Part shown: piece after piece, positions 1 through 9,059 of the stretch | How positions within the stretch are numbered: the first letter of the stretch is position 1 | How the letters are laid out: each line of letters starts with the position of its first letter | Assembly: GCA_046075565.1 (NCBI GenBank) | Contig: JBJTQJ010000065.1 | Coordinates: 1-17,825, forward strand | DNA length: 17,825 bases | Direction: 5' to 3' | DNA from: Verrucomicrobiales bacterium | Lineage (GTDB): Bacteria > Verrucomicrobiota > Verrucomicrobiia > Verrucomicrobiales > SLCJ01 | Made by a program: the position numbers and the translations under genes | Notes under the pieces: model-generated | The model's input: only the letters and a program-made list of their open reading frames with translations | The model's database searches: none | What the model was told of the DNA's origin: nothing

Positions 1-697
1 GCGTGCCATCGGGTGATGCCGGGGTCGTGAGGACGGCCATCTCAAGTGCGGTAAGCGCCTTGCGCACGTCGCCATCGGCCATGACCGCGAGATGGCGGGC
101 GGCATCTTCGCGCAAATCGATCTTCACCTCCCCGAATCCGCGTTCGGGATCATCGACCGCCCGGCGCAGTACCGCCAGAACATCATCAGTCGGCACGGGC
201 TCCAGCTCGAAGACGAGCGACCGGGAAACCAGCGGACTGTTGACATAAAAGAATGGATTGTGGGTCGTGGCCCCGATGAACCTTGTCACGCCCTTCTCGA
301 TGTGCGGCAGGAGCACATCCTGCTGCGCTTTGTTGAAGCGGTGGATTTCATCGACAAATAGAATCGTGCCGATGCCGTGAAGATTGCGATGCACCCGCGC
401 CTCCTCGACGGCCTGGCGGATGTCGGCTACGTTGCTTTCCACACCACTTAGATTGCGGAACCGGGCCTTCGTGCGCCGGGCGATGATCTCCGCGAGGCTG
501 GTTTTGCCTGTGCCGGGAGGACCGTAAAAAATGAGGGAAGTGAACCGGTCCGACTCGATGGCGCGACGCAGCAAACGGCCCTCGGCCAGCAGATGCTTTT
601 GCCCGGCATATACCTCCAGCGAACGCGGACGCATCCGCGCGGCCAGGGGCGGCGGCGCGCCCGGGGCGGGGGAATGGGACCACAAATCTTCGGCCAT
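1..697 (-). CDS. rarA: Replication-associated recombination protein A (RarA/MgsA, AAA+ ATPase), 5' part; runs off window start
   Basis: Not in the ORF track because it has no stop in the window. Hand translation from ATG at 697: MAEDLWSHSPAPGAPPPLAARMRPRSLEVYAGQKHLLAEGRLLRRAIESDRFTSLIFYGPPGTGKTSLAEII. PLAARMRP, GQxHL and Walker A GPPGTGKT are typical of RarA. Confidence 0.93.
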   Translation of the reverse strand, partial: MAEDLWSHSPAPGAPPPLAARMRPRSLEVYAGQKHLLAEGRLLRRAIESDRFTSLIFYGPPGTGKTSLAEIIARRTKARFRNLSGVESNVADIRQAVEEARVHRNLHGIGTILFVDEIHRFNKAQQDVLLPHIEKGVTRFIGATTHNPFFYVNSPLVSRSLVFELEPVPTDDVLAVLRRAVDDPERGFGEVKIDLREDAARHLAVMADGDVRKALTALEMAVLTTPASPDGT

Positions 698-782
698 CCG
701 GCAATTTCGGGCCGGGTTGGTGGGGTGCAAGCGGGGAGATTTCCCGGGCGACGGATTTCGAGGTATCATTTGACGCGGGAAC

Positions 783-813
783 TTTATGCGTTAAATTTAT
801 GCGTTATTATACT
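783..813 (+). promoter_or_regulatory. Putative promoter/operator of the toxin-antitoxin operon
   Basis: Perfect 11-bp direct repeat TTTATGCGTTA at 783-793 and 796-806. -10-like TATACT at 808-813, 5 nt before ATG 819. TTGACG at 770-775 is also present. Confidence 0.55.
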
Positions 814-818
814 CCGCT

Positions 819-1061
819 ATGAAAACCTTCACCATCATGGAGACCCAGCACAATCTGGCGAGAGTGCTCCGGGAAATCGAGGCGGGCAGGGAAGTCCGAA
901 TCACCAGGCGACGCAAGGTCGTGGCCCGGTTGTTGCCGCCGGAGTCTCCTCCCGAGGTTCAGTTTCCGCCCTTCCTCGCCCGGGCGCGTGGGGTTTGGGG
1001 AGAGAAATGGAAAGGCCTTGCCTCGGATGAATTGCTGGATGAGAGCCGCGGTTCGCGTTGA
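819..1061 (+). CDS. Phd/YefM (prevent-host-death) family antitoxin
   Basis: 80 aa, MKTFTIMETQHNLARVLREIEAGREVRITRRRKVVARLLP, matching the Phd pattern (L..LL..V..GE.V.ITR.G..VA.L.P). Directly upstream of a PIN gene. Confidence 0.88.
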   Translation: MKTFTIMETQHNLARVLREIEAGREVRITRRRKVVARLLPPESPPEVQFPPFLARARGVWGEKWKGLASDELLDESRGSR

Positions 1062-1069
1062 AGTTTGCC

Positions 1070-1510
1070 ATGAAACGCTATTACGACACCGGCACATTGG
1101 TCAAGCTTTACACCGTGGAGCCGGAATCGGAGGCGGTTGCAAGGTTCGTGATGGACAAGAAGCAGGCCATCGCGGTGTGCGAACTTCATTTGAGTGAAAT
1201 TGCGGCGGCCTTCCGGCTCAAGCAGTTCCGAAAGGAATGCTCCGCGCACCAGGCGTCCGCCGCTCTGGCAATGGTGGAGTCGGATCTGCGTTCCGGCGTA
1301 TTGGTCCGTGTCTCCATCGAGTGGGGAGCCGTGTGGGAATCGACCCGCAAACTTCTCGACAAACATGCGGCAAAAACCGGCTGCCGGACCATGGACACGC
1401 TTCATCTTGCCTGCGCTCTGGCGCTTGAAACGACTGAATTTGTCACGACCGACCGCCGCCAAGCCGGCCTGGCCACCCGACTTGGTCTGCGCGTGATGAA
1501 TCCCATTTGA
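1070..1510 (+). CDS. vapC: PIN-domain VapC family toxin (ribonuclease)
   Basis: YYDTGTLVKLY, LSE, RTMDTLHLACA and FVTTDRRQ supply the four PIN acidic residues. ATG 1070 preferred; TTG 1058, overlapping the antitoxin stop, is the alternative. Confidence 0.9.
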   Translation: MKRYYDTGTLVKLYTVEPESEAVARFVMDKKQAIAVCELHLSEIAAAFRLKQFRKECSAHQASAALAMVESDLRSGVLVRVSIEWGAVWESTRKLLDKHAAKTGCRTMDTLHLACALALETTEFVTTDRRQAGLATRLGLRVMNPI

Positions 1511-1559
1511 CCCGAATTTCCCGCTTGCGATCCCGCCGGGAAAACGGCAACCATTAGCG

Positions 1560-1979
1560 ATGCGCATCCCACCCTCTTTTCTCGCCCTCTCCGCCCTGCT
1601 TCTGGCCGCCCTTCCGGCTTGCCAAACCACCACCGTGGACCCGGAATTTCTCGTAGCCGACGCCAATAGCGACGGGGTCATTGATGCCGCCGAACTCGAC
1701 GATCACGTCGCGGCCCGTTTCATGACCGCCTATGATGCGAATGGCGACAAGGGCATAAGTTTGGCGGAATGGAAAGCCGTCAATCCCGAGGCCGACGGGG
1801 TGAGGTTCAAAGCCCGCGACAAGAATGGGGACGGCAAAGTGGCCATGGATGAGCTGTTGCCCGTCGTCCGCGCCAACCCGACCTTCGGCAAACTGATGGA
1901 AACCATCGACAAAAACGGGGACGGAGTGGCCCAACCGGCGGAAGCCGGCGAATTCCGCAACCATATGCCGGAGCTTTGA
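1560..1979 (+). CDS. EF-hand calcium-binding lipoprotein
   Basis: Signal peptide with lipobox LPA-C. Four EF-hand loops: DANSDGVIDAAE, DANGDKGISLAE, DKNGDGKVAMDE, DKNGDGVAQPAE. Confidence 0.85.
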   Translation: MRIPPSFLALSALLLAALPACQTTTVDPEFLVADANSDGVIDAAELDDHVAARFMTAYDANGDKGISLAEWKAVNPEADGVRFKARDKNGDGKVAMDELLPVVRANPTFGKLMETIDKNGDGVAQPAEAGEFRNHMPEL

Positions 1980-2032
1980 CCTTCTGATTTCCGGTTGAAC
2001 CCGAATCGGGACGGGCCGCGTAAGGTGTTGAT

Positions 2033-2494
2033 ATGAGCCTCGACGCCTCCACCGCCCTCGCCGCTTTACCCCTTCCCAAGGACGGGCGCGATCCCACCGC
2101 GCGCGCCAACTTCCTGCCGTATCCGGTTTCGAGCACCGCACCCGCGATCATTCCGAATGACCTGACGAGTTTCCGCAGTCGCGGCACCTCGGAAGTCGAG
2201 AAGCAGCTCCAGCAACAACTGGTCGAACTGAGGGAAAAATACGTAGCCGCCATCGACCGCTTCAATTGGAACAAACTCGTCTTCGAGAGCGAATTCCGCT
2301 TCGAACCGGTGATGGGTCAGACCTATCACCTCTACCGCGGCCTTGAGCGGCTGATGCTCTCGATGATTGAGCCCGGCCAATGGCATCGCCCGTATGTCGG
2401 CTCGTTCCGTCTGAACCTCGACCGCTGCTGGGAAGTCGTGCAACTGGCCGACGGTATTGACCGCGCTGGGTTGTTCGGGCTGGAATCAGCGTAA
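2033..2494 (+). CDS. DUF2452-like protein
   Basis: LPYP...APAI, a coiled segment, then FEPVMGQTYHLY, LSMIEPGQW and GSFRLN, which I recognise as DUF2452-type motifs. Confidence 0.7.
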   Translation: MSLDASTALAALPLPKDGRDPTARANFLPYPVSSTAPAIIPNDLTSFRSRGTSEVEKQLQQQLVELREKYVAAIDRFNWNKLVFESEFRFEPVMGQTYHLYRGLERLMLSMIEPGQWHRPYVGSFRLNLDRCWEVVQLADGIDRAGLFGLESA

Positions 2495-2593
2495 GTGGCG
2501 ACTGGTCGGGCCAACCCCACCTGAGCCCTGATACCCGCCCGTCCGTCCAAGCGGCAGGTCGCAACAGTCGACGAATGGTCCTAACCGATCTGT

Positions 2594-3304
2594 TCACGGC
2601 AACTCGCGGATGCGCAGCCGGCGGAAATGAATGGGCGAGCCTTCGCTCTCAAGGCAGATATAACCCTCGGCGGGATCACAATTCGTGCCGCCGGAAACTT
2701 CTTCGCCATTCACCCAGAGCCGGACTTCGCCATTGAAGGCGCGGATGTAGTATTGATTCCACTGGCCGTGGCCCTTGCTGAGGTGTTTGCGGGGAAAACT
2801 CCTTTCGCCATTCGGCGAAGTCGGAGGAAACGGGGTCATCTTGGTCCGCACGGGAAAGACATCGCCATTGGTGCCGAACCAGTCGGTGCTTTTTCCTGCG
2901 GCTTTCATCTTGTCGGTGAAGGCATGGTCGAGAATTTGGATTTCGATCCCATCGGGCAATCCGGGTTTGCCGGCGGTGGACAGCTTTTCAATCGACGCGG
3001 GAGTAGCCCAGATAAAGACGCCCGAATTGCCAGCCGGTTTCTGGTGGTTCCATTCGACGAGCAATTCGAAATTCCGGAATGTCTTCTGCGTGCGCATGAC
3101 ACTCACGGGTTCTCCCGTGCAAATCAGAAGATCATCTTTCCACGACCATGTGTTATCGTTGCTGTTGACCTTGGCGAAGTCATCTTTGGTGAGAGCGCGC
3201 CAGCCGGGCTGGGTATCATCAATGACTGGTTTCACCGGCTCGTCGGCGAGGGCGAAGGAAGCGCAGATGCCGGCGAGAATGAGAGCGAGGGCGTGGGTCT
3301 TCAT
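2594..3304 (-). CDS. DUF1080 (3-keto-disaccharide hydrolase/lyase family) exported protein
   Basis: Sec signal peptide; NFELLVEW, GNSGVF, GIEIQILD, GQWNQY, WVNG and GYICLESEG..I.FR.L.I motifs. Confidence 0.88.
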   Translation of the reverse strand: MKTHALALILAGICASFALADEPVKPVIDDTQPGWRALTKDDFAKVNSNDNTWSWKDDLLICTGEPVSVMRTQKTFRNFELLVEWNHQKPAGNSGVFIWATPASIEKLSTAGKPGLPDGIEIQILDHAFTDKMKAAGKSTDWFGTNGDVFPVRTKMTPFPPTSPNGERSFPRKHLSKGHGQWNQYYIRAFNGEVRLWVNGEEVSGGTNCDPAEGYICLESEGSPIHFRRLRIRELP

Positions 3305-3317
3305 ACTGGTAAATGGT

Positions 3318-4649
3318 TCAGCCGTTGAACGCCCATCCCTCGCGATAGGTGCGCTTGAAGAGGGCGTTGGCCTGGTCGTTGTTGGTCACTTTGCCGATGG
3401 CTCCGTCATATTGAAGTTCCGCTCCCAACCGGTAGGCGACGAGACCAAGAAGCATCTGCTCGATGAGTCGCGTGTGGTAGTCGAAATCGCAGCATGTTTT
3501 CTTCGAGGGATCCTTGCAAGCATTGACCCATTCCTTCTGGAAATGGCCGATGGCCGGCAGTTGGTCCTTGGCGTCTCGAGCTTTGAAATAGCTGAGGTCG
3601 GCATCCCTTCCGGAAGGGATGATGAGGCGGTTGGAGTAGTCGCCGATGATGAATCCCTTCGTGCCCTTGAACATGACGCCGTGGCCGATGGTATTGAGGT
3701 CGATAAACGGACGCGGGGTCTGGGGCAAAGCCCCGCCCTGATGCCAACTGATTTGAATCGGGCCGCGCCAGTCGTTGGCGGGATGCTCGAAGTGGCTTTC
3801 GAGCATGACCGGTGTGACTTCCGGATTGTAGGGATCGCCGGAGGACCGGATCGAAGTTGGAAAGGTCGGATCCACGACACTCCAGAGCATGTCCATCATG
3901 TGGCTGCCCATGTCGCCAATCTGGCCGAGTCCCCAATCCCAGAACATATTCCACTGCAGGCAGTTGGCTCCCGGGCGACCGGAGAAATAATCCGGGTTGA
4001 AAGCGCGGACCGGAGATGGGCCTAGCCAAAGATCCCAATGCAAGCCGGAAGGTGGTTCCCCTTTGGCGGGAAGGTAACCCTGGCGTGGCAGCTTGCGGTT
4101 CCCCCAGGCAGTTGCTGACTTGAGTTCGCCGATGGCTCCATCGCGGACCATTTCCTTGATGCGGGCGTAATTCTCCTGCGCGTGCATCTGGGTGCCGACT
4201 TGGGTCGCGAGTTTGCCTTTTTTCGTGAGCCATTTGTCACGTAACAAACGGGCTTCCTCGACGCCGATGGCAACGGGTTTTTCGCAATAGACATGCAGGT
4301 CGCGGTTGAGCGCCCAGTTCGAAATCATCGCATGGTGGTGGTCCGGCGTGCAGATCACCACCGCATCAAGGTCCTTGTGCTCGAGACATTTCCGCCAATC
4401 GATATAGGTCTTCGCTCCTGGGAATTCCTCCAACGCTTTGGGGAAGTGCGCTTCGTTCACATCGCACAAAGCGACCACACTTTCACCCTTGAGCCAGCCG
4501 TAGTGGCTTTCGGCGCGACCACCAGCACCGATAAGCGCGATATTGAGTTTTCCATTCGGGGAATTTTTTCCAGCCATGATGCCGGAAGGCAGAATGGTGA
4601 GTCCGACACTGGCAAGGGTGGATTGACCGAGGAATGAGCGTCGTTTCAT
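3318..4649 (-). CDS. Gfo/Idh/MocA family NAD-dependent oxidoreductase, Tat-exported
   Basis: Start moved to ATG 4649 (MKRRSFL, twin-arginine). IALIGAGGR, TPDHHH, HVYCEKP, QVGTQ, WDLWLGP and GDMGSH motifs. 13 bp upstream of the DUF1080 gene. Confidence 0.9.
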   Translation of the reverse strand: MKRRSFLGQSTLASVGLTILPSGIMAGKNSPNGKLNIALIGAGGRAESHYGWLKGESVVALCDVNEAHFPKALEEFPGAKTYIDWRKCLEHKDLDAVVICTPDHHHAMISNWALNRDLHVYCEKPVAIGVEEARLLRDKWLTKKGKLATQVGTQMHAQENYARIKEMVRDGAIGELKSATAWGNRKLPRQGYLPAKGEPPSGLHWDLWLGPSPVRAFNPDYFSGRPGANCLQWNMFWDWGLGQIGDMGSHMMDMLWSVVDPTFPTSIRSSGDPYNPEVTPVMLESHFEHPANDWRGPIQISWHQGGALPQTPRPFIDLNTIGHGVMFKGTKGFIIGDYSNRLIIPSGRDADLSYFKARDAKDQLPAIGHFQKEWVNACKDPSKKTCCDFDYHTRLIEQMLLGLVAYRLGAELQYDGAIGKVTNNDQANALFKRTYREGWAFNG

Positions 4650-4722
4650 GATATTTGCTGAATAGGCGAAACCTACGTGCCAGACATGCCGCTTCTTTCC
4701 GAGGAGATCCGGCCGCGCCCTC

Positions 4723-4758
4723 AAAGAAAAACCCCGCTCCAGAGCCTGGAGGCGGGGT
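4723..4758 (-). terminator. Rho-independent terminator after the TPR gene
   Basis: Stem ACCCCGC(C)TCCA/TGGAGCGGGGT with one bulge, followed on the minus strand by TTTTCTTT; about 24 bp past the stop at 4782. Confidence 0.75.
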
Positions 4759-4781
4759 GATGAGGGCGGTTGTCGGTGGGT

Positions 4782-6170
4782 TCAGGATCCGTAGGAGGAC
4801 TCGACCCGCTTGGCCACGTCGCGATATCCGTAGTCGGCCTCGTAGATGCGTTTGAGGTTTTCCAGATAGTCGTGGTGTTTGCCCATTTTCTCGCAGACGA
4901 GGGCGAGGGTGTAGAGTACGTCTTTTTTCGTGCCGTCCATGGCCAGGAGTTCGGAGAGAGCCTCTTTAAGCTGGGTTTCCGCAAGGTCGAACATGTTGCG
5001 GGCTTCGTAACAGCGGCCAAGCAGAAGCAGGGCGCGTGTGCGGATGTGGGGATTGTTCCGGGCACGCTGGAGGTGGGGAATCGCCTCTTGGAATTCATCG
5101 GCGCTGTAGAGGTGCTGGCCGAGTTCGAAACGAAGTTGCGGGTCGGTCGGGTTGCGTTCGACGCGGTCGCGGGCTTCGGCGATCAATTTGCGGCTGCGCT
5201 CCACTTTCAGGTGATGGAGGGTTTCCGCTTTTTCGGCGGCTTCGGGGCTATCGCCCAGCGCCTCGACTTCCTTCTCCATGGTGCGGATGTCTTCCTCGAT
5301 GCGGCGTTCTTCCATCACGGCGGCCTTGCGTTCGAGCGAAACATCTCCCGTGGAAAGATGGAATGCCCAGGCGTAGAAGGATGCAGCATTCGACCAGTCT
5401 TCCTTGCGCTCATAGAGCTCCGCGACTTTTTTCACCGCGGCGATGTTATTCTGGGCTTCCGCGTATTCCGCCAGGGCGTTCTCGAGCAGTTGGTCGAGTT
5501 GCTCTTTCGTCATCCCGGTTTTGCCACCGGCTTCGAGCGCCTTTGTTTCATCCGCGCTCTTGATCGAGGCTTTGAATCCTTCTTCCCAACGTCCCTTGCG
5601 CATGGACGAACGGGCCACGGCGTCTTTCTCACCTTTGACCGCGTCCATGTCCGTGGGGTCGCGCTTCACGATGTCACGGTAGACGTTGGAGGCTTTGTCC
5701 GGCTCGTCCAATTGCATGTAGTGCTGGGCCAACTCATGGGCTTTGCGGGTGTTCTCCGGATGACCCTGGCGGACCGTCTCCAACGCGAAGGAGGCAATTT
5801 CCGAAAGCCCGAGGCGCATGGCAGCTTGATACAGGATGTCGTTGGCCTCGAGGTTGAATGGATCTTCCTTCAACACTTCCTCCACATCCGCCATCGCCCC
5901 CTCGGGGTCGGTTTTCAGACGGTTTTTGATTTTCATCGTGCCGAGGCCGCCACTGGTGAGCTGGAAAAGTTTTTTCTTTTCGGCTTTTTTTTTCTGGATG
6001 GCGGCCTGGCGGAGGGCCTTGCGACCGTCGAGAAAGGTCGGGGCTTCTTTGATGGAGGCGTGCAGGAGGGTGATCGCGTAATCGAGGTTACGCAGTTCCA
6101 GGGCGCTCAGGGCCTTGAGCCAAAGGTTGCGCGCGTTTCCGGTAAGTTCGGTTTCCGAGATAATGGGCAT
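4782..6170 (-). CDS. Tetratricopeptide-repeat protein
   Basis: All-helical charged protein with TPR-like units (RFELGQHLY...EAIPHLQRA, LLLGRCYEA...LAETQLKEA, LYTLALVCEKMG) and a C-terminal DYGYRDV. Start placed at ATG 6170 (MPIISETEL). Confidence 0.82.
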   Translation of the reverse strand: MPIISETELTGNARNLWLKALSALELRNLDYAITLLHASIKEAPTFLDGRKALRQAAIQKKKAEKKKLFQLTSGGLGTMKIKNRLKTDPEGAMADVEEVLKEDPFNLEANDILYQAAMRLGLSEIASFALETVRQGHPENTRKAHELAQHYMQLDEPDKASNVYRDIVKRDPTDMDAVKGEKDAVARSSMRKGRWEEGFKASIKSADETKALEAGGKTGMTKEQLDQLLENALAEYAEAQNNIAAVKKVAELYERKEDWSNAASFYAWAFHLSTGDVSLERKAAVMEERRIEEDIRTMEKEVEALGDSPEAAEKAETLHHLKVERSRKLIAEARDRVERNPTDPQLRFELGQHLYSADEFQEAIPHLQRARNNPHIRTRALLLLGRCYEARNMFDLAETQLKEALSELLAMDGTKKDVLYTLALVCEKMGKHHDYLENLKRIYEADYGYRDVAKRVESSYGS

Positions 6171-6324
6171 GGCGGGAAGAGAATTCGATTCGCTCTCGTG
6201 GGGAGTGGGCCGGCGGAGTGACCCTGACCGGGAAGTGCAATAATACACCACCTTTGCCAACTTCCAGCAGAATGATCCGACTTAAAATGTTGCATCCGCT
6301 CCGGGAAGGGGCAAAATCCCGACC

Positions 6325-6822
6325 ATGCGTGCAATTTTCCCGGCTGCGGTCCTCCTGACCCTCCTCTTCGTCTCCCAGTCCGCCACCCCGGTCCAAGCCG
6401 GGGACGGGAAGCAGAAGCACACCTTTGCTTTCCATGAAGAGGGAGCTGCCGCGGACGGTCCGAACAAAGTTTTCCCCTATTCCGTGGCCGGTCAGGAGAA
6501 ATTTTTCAGGATGACCCCGACGATTAGCCATGTGGATTTCGAGGGGTTCGTGCCCTTCCGGGCAGAGGGAGGTGGTTTTGGGGCGGCTTTTGTGCTCGGC
6601 CGCCACGGGAAGCTGAAGTTGGAACAGATCAGCACAGGCCGCCAAGGCTCCAGTATTGTTGCCTCCGTCGATATGAAGCCGGTCGATGTGATGACCGTGG
6701 ACAAGCCAATCAAGGACGGAGTCATCGTGCTGTGGAAAGGCCTCGGCCCCGAGCATATCCAGTATCTGGAGAAAGAACTGAAGATCAAGGTGATCAAAGG
6801 AGAGGAACCAGCCAAAGAATGA
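6325..6822 (+). CDS. Exported hypothetical protein, possibly SecDF P1-head-like fold
   Basis: Signal peptide ending VQA. Pattern F.L...G..KL..IS....G..I...VD........V.KPI.DG.I recalls the SecD periplasmic head subdomain (inference). Stop overlaps the next ATG (ATGA 6819-6822). Confidence 0.7.
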   Translation: MRAIFPAAVLLTLLFVSQSATPVQAGDGKQKHTFAFHEEGAAADGPNKVFPYSVAGQEKFFRMTPTISHVDFEGFVPFRAEGGGFGAAFVLGRHGKLKLEQISTGRQGSSIVASVDMKPVDVMTVDKPIKDGVIVLWKGLGPEHIQYLEKELKIKVIKGEEPAKE

Positions 6823-7916
6823 GCCGGGGAGAACTCGCGATGAGGGTCATTTCTCTCGGCTGCCTGATTATCACGATTGCCGGCACCCGGGCGGCCGAGG
6901 TGCCCGCGCTCGCTTGGCCGACGGAAAACAATCTCCTGCTCTTGAACAAAAATGATCGGTTCTACATGCATGTGGACCGGCACTTCGAAGGAGAGTCCAC
7001 CAAGCCATGGCAAGGCGGTGCGTTCGGATTCACGCGCACGCCCATGCGATTCAGCGGCCGGGTTATCGAGACGAAGTTTCATGAAGGGATCGACATCAAG
7101 CCGCTCTGGCGGGATGAAAATGGCGCCCCTACGGACAAGGTTCGTGCCATCGCGGACGGGCGGGTCGTCCACGTCAATTCCACGCCCGGGCACTCGAACT
7201 ACGGCAATTACGTCGTGGTCGAACACACCACTACCTCCGGTCCGCTCTATTCGCTCTATGCCCATCTGGCTTCCGCCGCCGTGCAATCCGGAGCGGAGAT
7301 TGCCAAAGGTGGGGAACTCGGCTTGCTGGGATGGACCGGCGATGGTCTGAACAAAGAACGTGCCCATTTGCATCTGGAACTCTGCCTGCTCCTGCATTCC
7401 GACTTTGAATCATGGCATGCGGCATTCGCGCTCGGCCAAAACCATAACGGCACATACAACGGCCTCAATCTCGTGGGAACGGACATCGCGCGCATCTACC
7501 AAGATCAAGCGGCGGGTAAGGTGGTGGACCTGCCAAAATTCATCCGTTCGCAGGAAGTGGCGTGGCGGGCGGCCATTCCGCGCACCGAGCGCTTCGAACT
7601 CCTCTCCCGCTACCCGTGGCTCGGGGAAGGGGATTGCGCAGGAGCCCCGTCGGTGGAAATCTCATTCTCCCGCGACGGCCAGATTCTTGGCGTGAAGCCA
7701 TTTCCCACGACCCTGACGGGACCGCTCCTGCTATGGGTTGCGGAGACAACCATGCCGACAACCATCTTCACCAACCGCCGGATCACCAAGATGAAAGATG
7801 GGTGCCACCTCACCGGCGCGGGCGAGCGATTCCTACGCCTCATCGCCGGGGATTTTCAGAAACCTGTCGTTCCGGAAGGGCAAGTTGACGCTGCCGCCGG
7901 CGCGGATGAACCCTGA
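6819..7916 (+). CDS. M23 family zinc metallopeptidase with C-terminal extension
   Basis: HEGIDI (HxxxD), V.AIADG.V, YGNYVVVEH, YAHL, G.LG.TG and HLHLE (HxH). Start ATG 6819 or 6840. Confidence 0.9.
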   Translation: MSRGELAMRVISLGCLIITIAGTRAAEVPALAWPTENNLLLLNKNDRFYMHVDRHFEGESTKPWQGGAFGFTRTPMRFSGRVIETKFHEGIDIKPLWRDENGAPTDKVRAIADGRVVHVNSTPGHSNYGNYVVVEHTTTSGPLYSLYAHLASAAVQSGAEIAKGGELGLLGWTGDGLNKERAHLHLELCLLLHSDFESWHAAFALGQNHNGTYNGLNLVGTDIARIYQDQAAGKVVDLPKFIRSQEVAWRAAIPRTERFELLSRYPWLGEGDCAGAPSVEISFSRDGQILGVKPFPTTLTGPLLLWVAETTMPTTIFTNRRITKMKDGCHLTGAGERFLRLIAGDFQKPVVPEGQVDAAAGADEP

Positions 7917-7937
7917 ACTTCGGAATTCGGGCTGCAT

Positions 7938-9059
7938 TCAAAACTCGATGCGATTCGGGCGTTCAGCGGTGGTCACTTCCAGTTTCACTTCTTTCCCTTC
8001 GCGCCGCACGGTGAAAGGCAGTGTTTCTCCCGGCCGGCGCTGGCTGATGAACAGACGCACCTGCGAGACGGATTCCGCTGCTTGCCCGCCTGCGGACAAA
8101 ATTACGTCGCCCGGTTGCAATCCCGCTTGGGCCGCTGGACTGCGGCGTTCCACACCGCGCACCACCACTCCACCGGCGGGTATGCCGAGATCGCGGGCGG
8201 CGCTTTCGTCCACTTCGCCCATGACCACACCGACATAACCCCGGCGGATACGACCGTCTTCCGCGAGTTGGCTGGCCACATTCATCACCAGTTCGGTGGG
8301 GATGGCGAATCCGATGCCAACGTTCGAGCCGGTGCGTGAAAAAATGGCGGTGTTGATTCCAATCAAACGTCCGCGATTGTCGATGAGAGCACCCCCGGAG
8401 TTGCCCGGATTGATGGCGGCGTCGGTCTGGATGAAGTTCTCGTAACCCCCGCGTTCGCTGAGGATACCGAGTTCCTTTCTGCCCAGCGCGGAGATGATGC
8501 CGGAGGTTACCGAGTGCTGCAATCCGAAGGGAGAACCGATGGCCAGCACCGTGTCTCCCACCTTCATCCGCTCGCTATTGGCCAGGGGAATGGCGGGAAA
8601 ATTCGAACCTTCGATCTTCAGAACCGCCAGATCCGTCGCCGGATCCGTGCCCAGCACCTTGGCTTGGATATCTTCTTTGCCATCTTTCATGCGAACAACC
8701 ACCCGATCCGCGTTTTCCACGACATGGTTGTTGGTAATGATGAGGCCATCCTTCGACACGATCACGCCCGAGCCGATTCCCTGGGGCACCGGCACGCCAC
8801 CGCGCGTCACATCCCCAGTCCGACGGTCGCGGAAATAGCGTTGCAGCACGACCTCGGAAGCCACGCTCACCACGCTCGGGGATGCTTTTTCAACGACTTC
8901 TGCGAAGCCTCCGTTTGGTCCGCTGCGTTCGGGATCGGTGTCTTCGAAGCTGACACGTTCCCGGAAAGTCGGTTGGGCCGGTTCCGCCGGTGAGCAGGAA
9001 ATGCAGGCCAGCGAGATGAGAAGCGAACTCCTCAGAATGGATTGGATGGGTTTTTTCAT
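7938..9059 (-). CDS. HtrA/DegP-like serine protease (trypsin domain plus one PDZ), probable lipoprotein
   Basis: GSGVIV, TNNHVV, TDLAVLK and IQTDAAINPGNSGG give the catalytic triad; single PDZ (SPAAQAGLQPGDVI); N-terminal hydrophobic stretch ending in Cys. Confidence 0.93.
   Translation of the reverse strand: MKKPIQSILRSSLLISLACISCSPAEPAQPTFRERVSFEDTDPERSGPNGGFAEVVEKASPSVVSVASEVVLQRYFRDRRTGDVTRGGVPVPQGIGSGVIVSKDGLIITNNHVVENADRVVVRMKDGKEDIQAKVLGTDPATDLAVLKIEGSNFPAIPLANSERMKVGDTVLAIGSPFGLQHSVTSGIISALGRKELGILSERGGYENFIQTDAAINPGNSGGALIDNRGRLIGINTAIFSRTGSNVGIGFAIPTELVMNVASQLAEDGRIRRGYVGVVMGEVDESAARDLGIPAGGVVVRGVERRSPAAQAGLQPGDVILSAGGQAAESVSQVRLFISQRRPGETLPFTVRREGKEVKLEVTTAERPNRIEF

Noticed and set aside
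3-773. Short ORFs 3-248, 92-361, 348-704 and 531-773
   Set aside because: Shadows or alternative frames of rarA, which occupies 1-697 on the minus strand.
2775-4025. 416-aa plus-strand ORF (also 2627-3328)
   Set aside because: Antisense to the DUF1080 and oxidoreductase genes; no motifs; typical high-GC shadow ORF.
5985-5993. T9 homopolymer (A9 on the coding strand) as a phase-variation site
   Set aside because: In frame, encodes KKK in a Lys-rich stretch of an apparently core gene; no frameshift evidence.
4770-6221. 483-aa plus-strand ORF
   Set aside because: Codon-for-codon antisense mirror of the TPR gene; its hydrophobic composition is the expected complement of a Lys/Glu-rich frame.
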